From positions 1 to 63,527 of the forward strand of contig CAMVED010000005.1 in assembly GCA_947166445.1 (NCBI GenBank): 63,527 nt of DNA, written 5' to 3'. The translations under genes were made by a program, and so were the position numbers. This document shows, piece after piece, positions 40,988-51,521 of this stretch. Positions within the stretch are counted from its first letter, which is position 1; the number at the start of each line of letters is the position of its first letter. The notes below the pieces were generated by a model. It ran no database searches, was not told where the DNA came from, and saw only the letters and a program-made list of their open reading frames with translations. The stretch is from an uncultured Mycoplasmatota bacterium (GTDB taxonomy: Bacteria; Bacillota_I; Bacilli_A; RF39; UBA660).

Positions 40988-42848
40988 AAATTCTAAAAAG
41001 TTTAAAAACAGAAATAAAGAAAATTATACCAAAGATGATAAAAACATAATAGCTCTTCTAGGTAATCCTAATGTAGGTAAAACTACTCTTTTCAACACAT
41101 TAACTGGTCTTCATAATCACACTGGCAACTGGCCCGGTAAAACCGTATCTAATTCTGAAGGAATACTTAAAACAAGTAATAAGACTTATAATCTTATTGA
41201 CTTACCAGGAATTTATTCTTTAAATCCATACTCCGAAGAAGAAATAATTGCTAAAGAGTTTATTGAGCAAAGAGATATAGACATTATTTTAATAGTGGTG
41301 GATGCCACTTCTTTGGAAAGAAATTTAAATCTTGTTTTGGAAACCAAAAATATTAAAAATAATATAATTGTTTGTTTAAATCTTTTAGATGAAGCTAAGA
41401 AGAAAAGCATTAATATCGATATAAATTTATTAGAAAAATCTCTTGGCCTTCCTGTTATTGGAACTGTAGCTCGTAATAAAAAAGGTATTAAAGAACTTAT
41501 TAATAAAATTGAAACTTTCGAGTTTCCTGATGAAAATGAAGAATTTCTGATTGACACAGAATCTAAAGCTAAAGAGATTTATAACAAAGTCGTAAAACTT
41601 GATGATGAAAACTATAATAAAAAAACTATAAAAATTGACAAGATATTAACATCTAGAGTTTATGGAATACCTATTATGTTATTAACGCTTGGAATAATAC
41701 TCTGGATAACTATAATAGGTGCAAACTATCCATCCGAAACTTTAAGTAAACTGTTTTCTTTCATTTATGATAAGTTGTTAACACTGTGTGTTAATATGCA
41801 CTTAAATAAAACATTTATAGATTTATTTTTAAATGGTATTTATAAAGTGATTGCTTGGGTTATATCAGTTATGCTACCTCCAATGGCCATTTTCTTTCCA
41901 ATGTTTACTCTTTTAGAGGATCTTGGATACTTGCCTAGAATATCATTTAATACTGATAGGATATTCAAAAAATGTGGTTCTAATGGTAGGCAGTCTCTTA
42001 CTATGTGTATGGGATATGGATGTAATGCATGTGGTGTTATAGGATGTAGAATAATAAATACTACAAAAGAAAAAATTATAGCAATACTTACTAACGTTTT
42101 TTCTCCATGTAACGGACGTTTTCCAAGTTTAATTGCAATTACTTCAATATTTTTAGTTTCAGGTATTGGAAATAAGTTTGTTAAATCAATTACTTCTGCA
42201 CTTATTCTTTTAGGTTTAATAGTATTTTCATTTCTTATCACTCTTTTGATTTCAAAGATACTATCGAAAGTTATTTCTGGAGAAGATGCGAGTTTTACTT
42301 TAGAACTGCCTCCCTATAGAAAGCCTAAAATAATCGACACTATTATTAGATCCATACTTGATAGAACAATATTTGTTTTGGGACGTGCTATTGCAATATC
42401 AGTTCCTGCAGGAATTATAATATGGCTCTTAGCAAATATAAATATTGGTGATGTTTCTGTTCTTTCTCATTTAGAAAATATACTTGCTCCAATTGGAAAC
42501 TTTATGGGTCTAGATGGTGCAATACTGCTTGCTTTTCTTTTAGGAATGCCTGCCAACGAAATAGTAATTCCTATAATGCTTATGATTTATTTACAAACTA
42601 CTACTCTAACTGATTATTCTTCTCTTGAGCAATTAAGGGAAATACTAGTTAAAAATAACTGGACTATTATTACTGCCATAAGTTTTTTAATATTTACAAT
42701 ATGTCATTTTCCTTGTGGCACAACAATACTTACAATAAAAAAAGAAACTGGTAGTATAAAATGGACTATACTTTCTATAGTTATTCCTACTGTTACCGGG
42801 ATAGTATTATGTGTTATTATATCGAACTTGTTGAGGTTATTTATTTAA
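40974..42848 (+). CDS. feoB: Ferrous iron transport protein B
   Basis: GNPNVGKTT, GNWPGKTV, DLPGIYSL, CNGRFP, ELPPYR. Confidence 0.95.
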   Translation: MGLTRNSKKFKNRNKENYTKDDKNIIALLGNPNVGKTTLFNTLTGLHNHTGNWPGKTVSNSEGILKTSNKTYNLIDLPGIYSLNPYSEEEIIAKEFIEQRDIDIILIVVDATSLERNLNLVLETKNIKNNIIVCLNLLDEAKKKSINIDINLLEKSLGLPVIGTVARNKKGIKELINKIETFEFPDENEEFLIDTESKAKEIYNKVVKLDDENYNKKTIKIDKILTSRVYGIPIMLLTLGIILWITIIGANYPSETLSKLFSFIYDKLLTLCVNMHLNKTFIDLFLNGIYKVIAWVISVMLPPMAIFFPMFTLLEDLGYLPRISFNTDRIFKKCGSNGRQSLTMCMGYGCNACGVIGCRIINTTKEKIIAILTNVFSPCNGRFPSLIAITSIFLVSGIGNKFVKSITSALILLGLIVFSFLITLLISKILSKVISGEDASFTLELPPYRKPKIIDTIIRSILDRTIFVLGRAIAISVPAGIIIWLLANINIGDVSVLSHLENILAPIGNFMGLDGAILLAFLLGMPANEIVIPIMLMIYLQTTTLTDYSSLEQLREILVKNNWTIITAISFLIFTICHFPCGTTILTIKKETGSIKWTILSIVIPTVTGIVLCVIISNLLRLFI

Positions 42849-42871
42849 AAGATTCATAACAACATGAATCT

Positions 42872-43543
42872 TTATTTTTTTTCTATTAATAAATTATAAC
42901 TATTATCTATTAATTCTTCTATTTCTTTTTGATTTATATCTTCATCTAATTTAATACTTATCCAACTTTTTTTATTCATATGATAAGCTGGATAAATTGT
43001 TTTGTTATTTATTATTTCTTTGGTTTTGTCTTTTTGATATTTTATATTTAGTACTTCTGTTTCTTTATCGCTTTTTAAACCAAGACTACTTTCTTTTATA
43101 GTCATAATAAGTCCATACCATTTATTATTATTTTTATTTCTCCATATAGCACAGTTTGGTAGTTTTTCCCATAAATATTCCAAATCACCATTATATTTAC
43201 TTTTTATATATTTAATTACATGTTTAGAGTTTTTACTTTTGAAGATATTGAGTTCTGTACATTTTTCTATGAAAGCTTTTATTGTTGTTTCATATTCATC
43301 TTTTATTTTTCCTACAAAAGAACCAGATGTTTTTGTATCTACTAAAATGTATTCTTCATTTGATATCAAATCTATTACTTTTGAAGTTTGCTTTTCTTTT
43401 GATATTTCAATTACTACTTTGAATTCATTATTGTGGATTTCTTTTTCCAATATATATGTACTATTTTCTTTTACAAAGCTATTGTTTGTTAATTTTTGAT
43501 AATTTATTTTTCTATTTTTTAAGTATATTGATAAGTCTCTCAT
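42872..43543 (-). CDS. MmcQ/YjbR family DNA-binding protein
   Basis: AIWR...KWYG, PAYHMNKKSWISI, LIDNSY. Confidence 0.85.
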   Translation of the reverse strand: MRDLSIYLKNRKINYQKLTNNSFVKENSTYILEKEIHNNEFKVVIEISKEKQTSKVIDLISNEEYILVDTKTSGSFVGKIKDEYETTIKAFIEKCTELNIFKSKNSKHVIKYIKSKYNGDLEYLWEKLPNCAIWRNKNNNKWYGLIMTIKESSLGLKSDKETEVLNIKYQKDKTKEIINNKTIYPAYHMNKKSWISIKLDEDINQKEIEELIDNSYNLLIEKK

Positions 43544-43625
43544 TGTATCAAATCCTTTGTCATATTATAGCACATTTGTTGACTGATTTTATTATTTTAT
43601 ATAAAATTATATCAGGAGGAAAGTT

Positions 43626-44186
43626 ATGAGTGTTTATGATTACAAAGTAAAGACTAGAGATGGTAAAGATTTTGATTTAAGTAGTTTAAAAGGAAAAGTA
43701 CTTCTTATTGTTAATACTGCTACAGGATGTGGTTTTACGCCTCAATATGAAGGACTTGAAAAGTTATATGAAAAATATAATTCGAAGGGATTAGAAATTC
43801 TGGATTTTCCATGTGATCAGTTTGGACATCAAGCACCAGGAAGTGATGATGAAATTCATAGTTTTTGTACTTCTAAGTACGATACAAAGTTTGATCAATT
43901 TTCTAAAATAGAAGTAAATGGTGATGGCGAAAACTTTTTATATACTTTTTTAAAGGCGAAACAGCCTAACGAAGAAGTATATGGAGTTAAAAATAAAATG
44001 GCTATGAAGGCTATTGAAAAAATCAGTACTACTTGCAAGAAACCCGGGGATATAAAATGGAATTTTACTAAGTTTTTAGTAGATAAAGAAGGTAATGTTG
44101 TTAAAAGATATGATCCTACTTTTAATCCACTTGATATGGAAAAGGACATAGTTAAACTATTGGATGGAAGTATTGGAGGAAGATAA
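43626..44186 (+). CDS. Cys-type glutathione peroxidase
   Basis: NTATGCGFTPQY, FPCDQFGHQ, WNFTKFL. Confidence 0.93.
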   Translation: MSVYDYKVKTRDGKDFDLSSLKGKVLLIVNTATGCGFTPQYEGLEKLYEKYNSKGLEILDFPCDQFGHQAPGSDDEIHSFCTSKYDTKFDQFSKIEVNGDGENFLYTFLKAKQPNEEVYGVKNKMAMKAIEKISTTCKKPGDIKWNFTKFLVDKEGNVVKRYDPTFNPLDMEKDIVKLLDGSIGGR

Positions 44187-44198
44187 AAGAGCAGATTT

Positions 44199-44393
44199 TT
44201 AAAATCTACTCTTTTTTTTTGTTTCATATCTAGATAAGTCAAAATTATTTTGAATAGCTATTTTTATTACTTCTTCATCACTTGCTTTTTCTGTCTTGAT
44301 TAAATCCATCATTGCAGTTGGATTATAAAATGATGCAGTTCCAAAATAATTTATTAAATCACTTCTTAACTCTTCTATATCGATGTTTTCCAT
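44199..44393 (-). CDS. Small hypothetical protein
   Basis: 64 aa ORF coupled to the upstream ORF. Confidence 0.55.
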   Translation of the reverse strand: MENIDIEELRSDLINYFGTASFYNPTAMMDLIKTEKASDEEVIKIAIQNNFDLSRYETKKKSRF

Positions 44394-44650
44394 TAGTTTT
44401 CTTTACCCCCAAATGGATGTTTTAACTTATCTTTTAGACTATTTGTTAAAATACTCATTGCTTTTTCATATATGTTTTCTGCTTCTTCTTTTGTCATACC
44501 TAGTTTTTCTTCAAATTTACTAAGTAATTTTTCTTTGTTGTTTTTTCCTATTAAGAAAGTGTCTTCCAATATACTATTAATAGATGTACATTTTTCTTCT
44601 GATAAATTAGTTAGTTTTACTAATTCCTTTATAAATTCTTCTTTATTCAT
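44393..44650 (-). CDS. Small hypothetical helical protein
   Basis: 85 aa ORF with SD AAGGAGATG. Confidence 0.55.
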   Translation of the reverse strand: MNKEEFIKELVKLTNLSEEKCTSINSILEDTFLIGKNNKEKLLSKFEEKLGMTKEEAENIYEKAMSILTNSLKDKLKHPFGGKEN

Positions 44651-44695
44651 AATCTCATCTCCTTGTTTTATTATATCACAAAAAAAGCACGTTGT

Positions 44696-44851
44696 TTACT
44701 CATGCTCTTCTTCACATTTACAGTCTCCACAAGTACATTCTTTGCCATCTTGGCATCCACATGTGCCGTTTTCATCACAAGTACATTCTTTTCCTTCTTG
44801 ACAACCGCATGTACAAGTTTCATCGCAATTGCATTTTTTTTCTTTTTCCAT
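44696..44851 (-). CDS. Metallothionein-like Cys-rich protein, 51 aa (MEKEKKCNCDETCTCGCQEGKECTCDENGTCGCQDGKECTCGDCKCEEEHE)
   Basis: Hand translation; 13 Cys, nearly all in CxC motifs; SD AAGGAG upstream; absent from the ORF track. Confidence 0.82.
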   Translation of the reverse strand: MEKEKKCNCDETCTCGCQEGKECTCDENGTCGCQDGKECTCGDCKCEEEHE

Positions 44852-44939
44852 TTTTATCTCTCCTTTTTAATTTTTTTCCACTTGCTATAACAGTTACATT
44901 ATATACCAACCTTAGTATTCTTGTAAATAAGTAATATAT

Positions 44940-45827
44940 TTATGACTTTCTTTCTTTTATTTCATCATCATCTTTTAGATGTCCTATAAGTAAAGAGGAT
45001 TTTGGGTCATGTTGCTTTATATTTTCTTCAATTTTAGTCTCATCAAAGTTAGCATAGCAGTATTTGCACAGATGTTTACACGTATTATAAGTTCCAATAT
45101 CTGCCATTTCAACACATTTGCATTTACGTGCTTGCCATAGTTTGTACTTTTTGCCTGTCAACTGATAGGCAAGTTCTTTTGACAAACATTGTCGATTTAT
45201 AAAACCGTATTCTGTCAATGTTTTTTCTTCAAAACAAGTCTGTACAGTCATATTATTTTCTCTTGCAATTCTGCTGAACTCTTTTCCTATGATTTCATAG
45301 TCTTTTTCAGACATTTTTCGATATTTCAATACACTTTTATTATTAATTGTATTCTTATATTCATCCATGAATGACACTATTATTTGTTTGACATATCCCG
45401 ACAATAGTTGGCACATGTTTTCAAAAGATTTTACATGGTATTTTGTCGTATATTTGTCGCTTATAAATATAGGATCATATCTAACATATAAGTTATCTAT
45501 TCCTACAATTTTAGATACTTCTTTTATGCTTTCGATTATTCTTCCTTTTGGAGGAAGATTAGGCTCAATGTCTTTATGATATGGAGTTAATGTTACATGA
45601 AAAAGCACTTTATGATTTATATCTTTTAAATAAGGAACGATTGGCATTGGATTTTTAGTACAAAACAATATTAAATCTACGTCTTTAAAATAGATTCTAC
45701 TCACCATTTTTTCATAAAATGGATTTCTAACATCTACGAATCCTTGTTTATATCTATTCATGAACCATTTTGTATAAAAAGCTACTATATCGGTTCTTCC
45801 ACTTACCATTAAAATCATAATCATCAC
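44940..45827 (-). CDS. DUF1848 family protein (SPL-like Fe-S)
   Basis: VSGRTDIVAFY, FCTKNP, RYDPI, C-terminal CKC..DIGTYNTCKHLCKYCYAN. Confidence 0.88.
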   Translation of the reverse strand: MMIMILMVSGRTDIVAFYTKWFMNRYKQGFVDVRNPFYEKMVSRIYFKDVDLILFCTKNPMPIVPYLKDINHKVLFHVTLTPYHKDIEPNLPPKGRIIESIKEVSKIVGIDNLYVRYDPIFISDKYTTKYHVKSFENMCQLLSGYVKQIIVSFMDEYKNTINNKSVLKYRKMSEKDYEIIGKEFSRIARENNMTVQTCFEEKTLTEYGFINRQCLSKELAYQLTGKKYKLWQARKCKCVEMADIGTYNTCKHLCKYCYANFDETKIEENIKQHDPKSSLLIGHLKDDDEIKERKS

Positions 45828-45859
45828 TTCTTTTTTATTATAACATAAAAAAAGAAGAA

Positions 45860-46099
45860 TTAATCTTCTATTACTTTGCTAATATCTTTTACTTTTCCTT
45901 TCACTTCGCTAGCTACTCCTTCGATCATTTCACATTCTTCTTTTTTAACTTTTTTTGCTTTGTTTAACGCTTTTTTAGTTCCTTTTTTCAAGTCTTCTCT
46001 TAACTCTTCTCCTTCTTTAGGAGCATAAAGCATTCCTGTTACCGCTCCCACCATAAATGTTAACATTGTTTTAAAAAGCGAATTTTTTTTCATAATCAT
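45860..46099 (-). CDS. YtxH domain protein
   Basis: GAVTGMLYAPKEGEELREDL. Confidence 0.85.
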   Translation of the reverse strand: MIMKKNSLFKTMLTFMVGAVTGMLYAPKEGEELREDLKKGTKKALNKAKKVKKEECEMIEGVASEVKGKVKDISKVIED

Positions 46100-46145
46100 C
46101 CTCCTATGGATTATTATGCGCGAGTTTCAAATTTTAATACACTTT

Positions 46146-46649
46146 TTAACAATTTGGAGTATTACACATTATATAGGAAATCATTATATCTTCATATTTT
46201 TCTTCTATATCTTTATTTAATCCTTCTTCTATTTCCTCTGCTTTTTTATCTTTTATAAGAAATAATGTTGGTGAAACAACTTCTTCTTTTCTTAGTTTCG
46301 TTGTTAATTCTTTTTTTATTTCTTCTTTTTTATCTAATCCTTCAGTATCATAATAATATATTTTATCTATGCCATTATCTTCTGACACTTTTAAAAGAGT
46401 TTTTACTGCAGTTTTAGTTTCTTTAGAATTTTCTTTTCCTAAGAATATTAACTTATCATTTGTTGATAATGCTTTTATAATGGTTTCATCTGTTAAATAC
46501 ACTATTTCTGTTCCTTTTGGTACTTTTACATTATAATCATTATTAAACTTTTTATTATCGCTATTATCTCTTGGTAAGAAGATAACAAGACCTATTACTG
46601 ATATTATTACGATTGTTATAATTGAAATTATTATTTTTTTATTTTTCAT
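46146..46649 (-). CDS. Hypothetical membrane-anchored thioredoxin-like-fold protein
   Basis: N-terminal TM; IYYYD, SPTLFLIKD segments (no CxxC). Confidence 0.45.
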   Translation of the reverse strand: MKNKKIIISIITIVIISVIGLVIFLPRDNSDNKKFNNDYNVKVPKGTEIVYLTDETIIKALSTNDKLIFLGKENSKETKTAVKTLLKVSEDNGIDKIYYYDTEGLDKKEEIKKELTTKLRKEEVVSPTLFLIKDKKAEEIEEGLNKDIEEKYEDIMISYIMCNTPNC

Positions 46650-46799
46650 TGTTACACCTCTTGTTATATTTTATCATTTTTTATAATATAATGGTATAAT
46701 TTTATTAAATGCAACTTAAAATGTACAAAAAACAACTAAAAGTTGGTAGAGTGCAACCAGTTTACTTTTATATAATTTTTTATGTAAGGAGGAAAAAAT

Positions 46800-48161
46800 A
46801 TGAATTTAGGAGATAATTTAAAAAGCATAAGAAAAGAACATAATTTATCACAAGAACAGTTTGCAGAAGCACTTGGAGTATCTAGACAAAGTGTATCTAA
46901 ATGGGAATCAGGTCTTGCTTATCCTGAAACTGATAAGCTACTTGCTATTAGTAAGATGTATAATGTAAATATTGATGAACTAATGAATCAAGATTATAAG
47001 GAGATTAGCGAGACAAGACAAAGCACTAATACTATCAACAAGTATATAGATGATTTTTTAGCATATGTTACTAAAACCATTGATATGTTTAGTTCTATGA
47101 GTTTTAAATCTAAAATAAAGTGTTTGTTTGAAATAGCATTTATTATATTTATACTATTTATGATAGGACTTATAGTTGGTGCAATAGGAAATGGTATAGT
47201 TTCTGATTTATTATCATTTTTACCTAATAAAGTTTCATGGTTTCTACATAGTGTTATTGCAGATATCTATATAATTGCTATTTTAGTCTTTGGAACAATA
47301 TTAGTGTTTCATATATTTAAAACTAGATATTTGGATTACTACACTATAATTAAAGATACAGATGTTATTGATGAAAATGAGTCTAATGAGGAATCTTCTG
47401 ATAATAAAAAAGATACTATTGTTTTAGAAAAGAAAAAAGAAAAAATTGTTATTCGTGACCCGGACGATTCTAGTTATAAATTTATAACAGGGCTTGCTAA
47501 ATGTTTATTATTTTTTATTAAGTTGTTTGCAGGGTTTATAGGACTTAATTTCTGCTTTAGTTTAATTGGTTTTGTTGCCGCTTTAGTCATATCATTTTTG
47601 TTTTTGAAAACTGGTTTAATGTTTACTGGTGTTCTTCTTATATTAATTGCTTGTATAGTAATAAATATTTTAGTTCTAGATATTTTATATAACTTTATAG
47701 TTAGCAGAAAATGCAAGAAAAAAATATTGTTTATTAGTTTTATTGCTTCTTTACTTGTGTTTGGAGTTGGGTGCGGATTATGTGTTAACTCTATTACTAG
47801 TTTTGATATAAAAGAAGAAGAAATCATTAAAGAAGAAAAAACTATTGCTATGAAAAATGATTTAATTATAGATGATTACTATAATTTAAATTATATTGAA
47901 ACTAACTCTAATGATATAAAAATAGTTACTAAACATTCTGCATATTATGAACCTGCAATAAATTCTAATGGCAATATTGTCTCTATTAATTATGAAGAAG
48001 TTATTAATAAGCTGGATATTATAAGAGATCAAATAAAACTAATTAATAATAAAAAAATAAGTAATGGATATACCTATTCTACAGATATTTATACATCAAG
48101 AGAAAATATTAAAAAGTTAAGGCATAATTTAAATAAGTATTATGAATATGATTATGAATAG
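46800..48161 (+). CDS. XRE-family HTH regulator with multi-TM C-terminus
   Basis: LSQEQFAEALGVSRQSVSKWESG plus hydrophobic segments. Confidence 0.85.
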   Translation: MNLGDNLKSIRKEHNLSQEQFAEALGVSRQSVSKWESGLAYPETDKLLAISKMYNVNIDELMNQDYKEISETRQSTNTINKYIDDFLAYVTKTIDMFSSMSFKSKIKCLFEIAFIIFILFMIGLIVGAIGNGIVSDLLSFLPNKVSWFLHSVIADIYIIAILVFGTILVFHIFKTRYLDYYTIIKDTDVIDENESNEESSDNKKDTIVLEKKKEKIVIRDPDDSSYKFITGLAKCLLFFIKLFAGFIGLNFCFSLIGFVAALVISFLFLKTGLMFTGVLLILIACIVINILVLDILYNFIVSRKCKKKILFISFIASLLVFGVGCGLCVNSITSFDIKEEEIIKEEKTIAMKNDLIIDDYYNLNYIETNSNDIKIVTKHSAYYEPAINSNGNIVSINYEEVINKLDIIRDQIKLINNKKISNGYTYSTDIYTSRENIKKLRHNLNKYYEYDYE

Positions 48162-48177
48162 AAAAAAGGCTTAAGAT

Positions 48178-49812
48178 TTATTTCTTAAGTCTTTTTGTAT
48201 TTAATTCGTGATAGTATTCAACTTCTTCTTTCTTATAATATGAAATATTTCCTTTCGGCAAGGTTAAGGTTCTTTCTACTCCGAGATTATCTACAAAATC
48301 AGGATTATGGGAAACAATTAACATTGTTCCTTTGTAATTTTTAAAAGTATCTGCAATTATTTTTTGAGTTTCAGGATCTAAATGGTTAGTAGGTTCATCT
48401 AGTATTAATAGATTAGCTTTAGAAAGTGATAGTTTAGCAAGCGCTACTCTACTTTTTTCACCTGGAGATAATACTTTTACTTTTTTATAAACTTCATCAC
48501 CTGTAAATAAGAATCTTGATAGTACTCCCCTTAGGACTGAGTCATTTAAATTATATTCTTCGAAATTATCTATGATTGTTTTGTCATCTTCTAAAAGTTC
48601 ATGCTCTTGGGCATAGTAAGCAATATCTGTTTTAACTCCTAGTTTTATTTCTCCACTTATTGGAGTAAGTTTACCTATTATTAGTCTTAATAAAGTAGAT
48701 TTTCCTATACCATTTTTACCTACTATTAAGAATTTTTCTCCTCTTGTTATTGAAAAAGATAAATTGTTAATAAGTGGTTTTTTACTATCTTTATCATAAC
48801 TAAATACAAGATTATTGACCTTTAATGGAATTTTATTACTTTCTCTATTCATTTCTATTCTAAAATCTGTTTCTTTTTGTTTTGGAGTAAGTTCTATTTT
48901 GTTTTCAAGTAACTTTTCTAATTTCTTTTCTCTATCTTGAACCATTTTCTTTCTTTTACCAGAACTACTTGAATATTTATCAATAAAAGTTTTTAATCTT
49001 TTGGCTTCTGCTTCTTGTATTTTTGATTCATTTTCTATACTTTTTATTTTTTCTTTATGAAGTTTTAAAAATCTATCATAGTTACCATTATAAAGTTCTA
49101 GTGTTTTTCTTTGTTTATCCACATATAGTATTTTTGTAGTTATTTCATTTAAAAAATCAATATCATGTGATATTACATAGACACTACCTTTGTAATGTTT
49201 TAAGTAATTTGTTACATAATCTTTACTTTCTTTATCTAAATGATTTGTAGGTTCATCTAATAAAATTATTTCCGGTTTTGAGTAAAGAAGCTTAGCAAAT
49301 GCTATTTTTGATTTTTGACCACCAGATAACTCTGATATTTTTTTATCAAGAATATCACTTGTAATATTCATTCCTTCGATTATTTTTAAAAGAGTGCTTT
49401 CAGCAGAATATTCTTCCCAGTACTCTAGATCTTTTTGTATTTTATTTATTTTATTATAAATTGCATTGTGTTTTGATTCATCTTCTTTTGATAAATCTTC
49501 ATAACATTTTTGAAGTTTATTATTCAATTTTTCTATAGGTCTTGCTGATAACAAATATTCAAAAACTGATATATTTGAATCAGAGATATTATCTTCAATT
49601 ACTTGAGGTAACCATTCTATACGAGTATTATGAGGAAATGTTATTTTTCCATCACTTGGGTCTTCTTGCCCTAGAATAATTTTAAATAATGTTGATTTAC
49701 CTGCGCCATTTACTCCCACTATACCTACTTTTTCATTTTCTGAAATATAAATACTAACATTTTTAAAAAGTTCTTGTGTACCAAATGACATTGTAAGATT
49801 TTTTATATTCAT
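48178..49812 (-). CDS. ABC-F family ATPase
   Basis: Two ABC cassettes (GVNGAGKST, LSGGQ, DEPTNHLD; GKNGIGKST, LSPGE, DEPTNHLD), no TM. Confidence 0.9.
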   Translation of the reverse strand: MNIKNLTMSFGTQELFKNVSIYISENEKVGIVGVNGAGKSTLFKIILGQEDPSDGKITFPHNTRIEWLPQVIEDNISDSNISVFEYLLSARPIEKLNNKLQKCYEDLSKEDESKHNAIYNKINKIQKDLEYWEEYSAESTLLKIIEGMNITSDILDKKISELSGGQKSKIAFAKLLYSKPEIILLDEPTNHLDKESKDYVTNYLKHYKGSVYVISHDIDFLNEITTKILYVDKQRKTLELYNGNYDRFLKLHKEKIKSIENESKIQEAEAKRLKTFIDKYSSSSGKRKKMVQDREKKLEKLLENKIELTPKQKETDFRIEMNRESNKIPLKVNNLVFSYDKDSKKPLINNLSFSITRGEKFLIVGKNGIGKSTLLRLIIGKLTPISGEIKLGVKTDIAYYAQEHELLEDDKTIIDNFEEYNLNDSVLRGVLSRFLFTGDEVYKKVKVLSPGEKSRVALAKLSLSKANLLILDEPTNHLDPETQKIIADTFKNYKGTMLIVSHNPDFVDNLGVERTLTLPKGNISYYKKEEVEYYHELNTKRLKK

Positions 49813-49878
49813 AGTAATCAGTCCTTGCTTATATATTATATCATAGCAATAGAAAAAGGACTATTATGTCCTTTAGTT

Positions 49879-51468
49879 TTATTTTAGTTTATATGTTCTT
49901 ATACTACTCCATGGTCCACATATATTACCATTACAAGCTCTTACTTTATAATAATATGTTGTTCCTCTTTTTGCACTTACTGTCGTTTTAGAATAACTTG
50001 AACCTACTGTTTTAATTATGGTAAAGTTTTTAGTTTTATATTTTGATCTTGCTATTTGATATTTTGTAGTTCCATTTATTTTATTCCATTTTACTGTTAC
50101 TTTGCTATTGTTATATTTTAATACAGTTGGAATATTTAGTTTTTTTAACGTATAAATAGTTACTGTTTTATAAGTATCACTATATACTTTGTTACCATTT
50201 ATTACTGAATATGGCACTATTTTAAATGTGTATTTTGTACCAGGAGTAAAGTTTGCTTTTTTATATGATAGTTTAGTAGTAGTTCCTAAAGATGTATATT
50301 TTGTGGCAGTTCCTTTTTTATAATATATTTGATAATGACTTGCTTTTGTTGAAGTCCAAGTAAGACTTATATCATCATATCCATATAGTTTTGCAGTAAA
50401 TGTTTTTGGAACTACTTTAAAGTTTTTGATAAATGTTGTTTTTATTGTTATGTTATAGTTCGGCATAGTTAATTCATTAGTAGTTGAATCGAGTAAGCTA
50501 GATGTAATATCTTCTCCTTCTTCATTTAATATTTGAATACTATTTAACTTATAAATTTCATTACCATTATAATCGTCATGTCCACCTTCAACTCTAAGTT
50601 TTTGCCCTTCGAATGCTTGAGAAGGGGTTGCTAGAAGACTATTTGGTGTTGAACTATTAGTTACTTTGTATGTTTCAAAATCTCCAAGCTTTAAATATCT
50701 AATATAATAACTATCATGTAATGCTATAAGTTCATCTTTTGTTACTATGTCAGCGTTTGTTCCATCTTGTTCAAAACCTGCCATTATTTTTCCTTCATAA
50801 TCATCTAGTTTTAGATTACCAGTGATTGCTTCAAGTGAAGAAATTGTAATATTTCCTTTATAAATAGTTATATCTTGCTCTTCTTGTTGTTCATTCATAG
50901 CAAATAATCCTAGATCAGAAGAAATATTTAAATCCGTTCTATTGTCTATTGTTATACCAGATGCTGCATATATTCCAACTGTTGGATCATTGTTTGGGCC
51001 TGTAAAATTTATATTAATTGTTGATCCATTTGTATCTATTGCTCCATTTGAAAAGATTCCAACTTGCATATCACTACCTGTTGTCTTTGTACTGTTAATA
51101 TTTAATGATCCTGTTCCTGAAATTGATAGATCTCCGGATACTGCTATTGCGGCATTATAGTTTGAAGATATATTACTTATACCTTTAAGTTCTATTTTTA
51201 AAATGTCTTCATTATCGTAATAGATACCTTCAGTCATACCATCTTCATCTGTGTATGAATTTGTAATTATAGCATTATTAAGTGTTAATGTTTTTAGGGA
51301 TACATTGTAAGTCGCTGTACCACTTCCACAATGGATTGTTGTTTTTTCATTTGTAAATTCTTCACCATTTACAAACAGTCCTGTTCCTGTAGCAGCATTT
51401 ACATTTTTTGTTGTAAATACTAGCAAGATACTTATTAACAAAAATGTTAATATCTTAATTTTTTTCAT
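49879..51468 (-). CDS. Secreted surface protein with C-terminal Fn3 domains (paralog of 18096-19682)
   Basis: Signal peptide; GLFVNGEEFTNEKTTI; Fn3 KWNKINGTTKYQIARS..YYYKVRAC. Confidence 0.75.
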   Translation of the reverse strand: MKKIKILTFLLISILLVFTTKNVNAATGTGLFVNGEEFTNEKTTIHCGSGTATYNVSLKTLTLNNAIITNSYTDEDGMTEGIYYDNEDILKIELKGISNISSNYNAAIAVSGDLSISGTGSLNINSTKTTGSDMQVGIFSNGAIDTNGSTININFTGPNNDPTVGIYAASGITIDNRTDLNISSDLGLFAMNEQQEEQDITIYKGNITISSLEAITGNLKLDDYEGKIMAGFEQDGTNADIVTKDELIALHDSYYIRYLKLGDFETYKVTNSSTPNSLLATPSQAFEGQKLRVEGGHDDYNGNEIYKLNSIQILNEEGEDITSSLLDSTTNELTMPNYNITIKTTFIKNFKVVPKTFTAKLYGYDDISLTWTSTKASHYQIYYKKGTATKYTSLGTTTKLSYKKANFTPGTKYTFKIVPYSVINGNKVYSDTYKTVTIYTLKKLNIPTVLKYNNSKVTVKWNKINGTTKYQIARSKYKTKNFTIIKTVGSSYSKTTVSAKRGTTYYYKVRACNGNICGPWSSIRTYKLK

Positions 51469-51521
51469 AGATTCCTCCTTTTATTTATTTTATTATAACA
51501 CAATCTATTTATTGTTTTAAT

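Noticed and set aside
43626-44186. Selenocysteine glutathione peroxidase
   Set aside because: The catalytic position is TGT (Cys); there is no in-frame TGA.
44472-44934. ORF-track frames 44472-44801(+), 44692-44934(+) and 44663-44890(-)
   Set aside because: Shadows of the real 51-aa Cys-rich gene, which has the strong SD.
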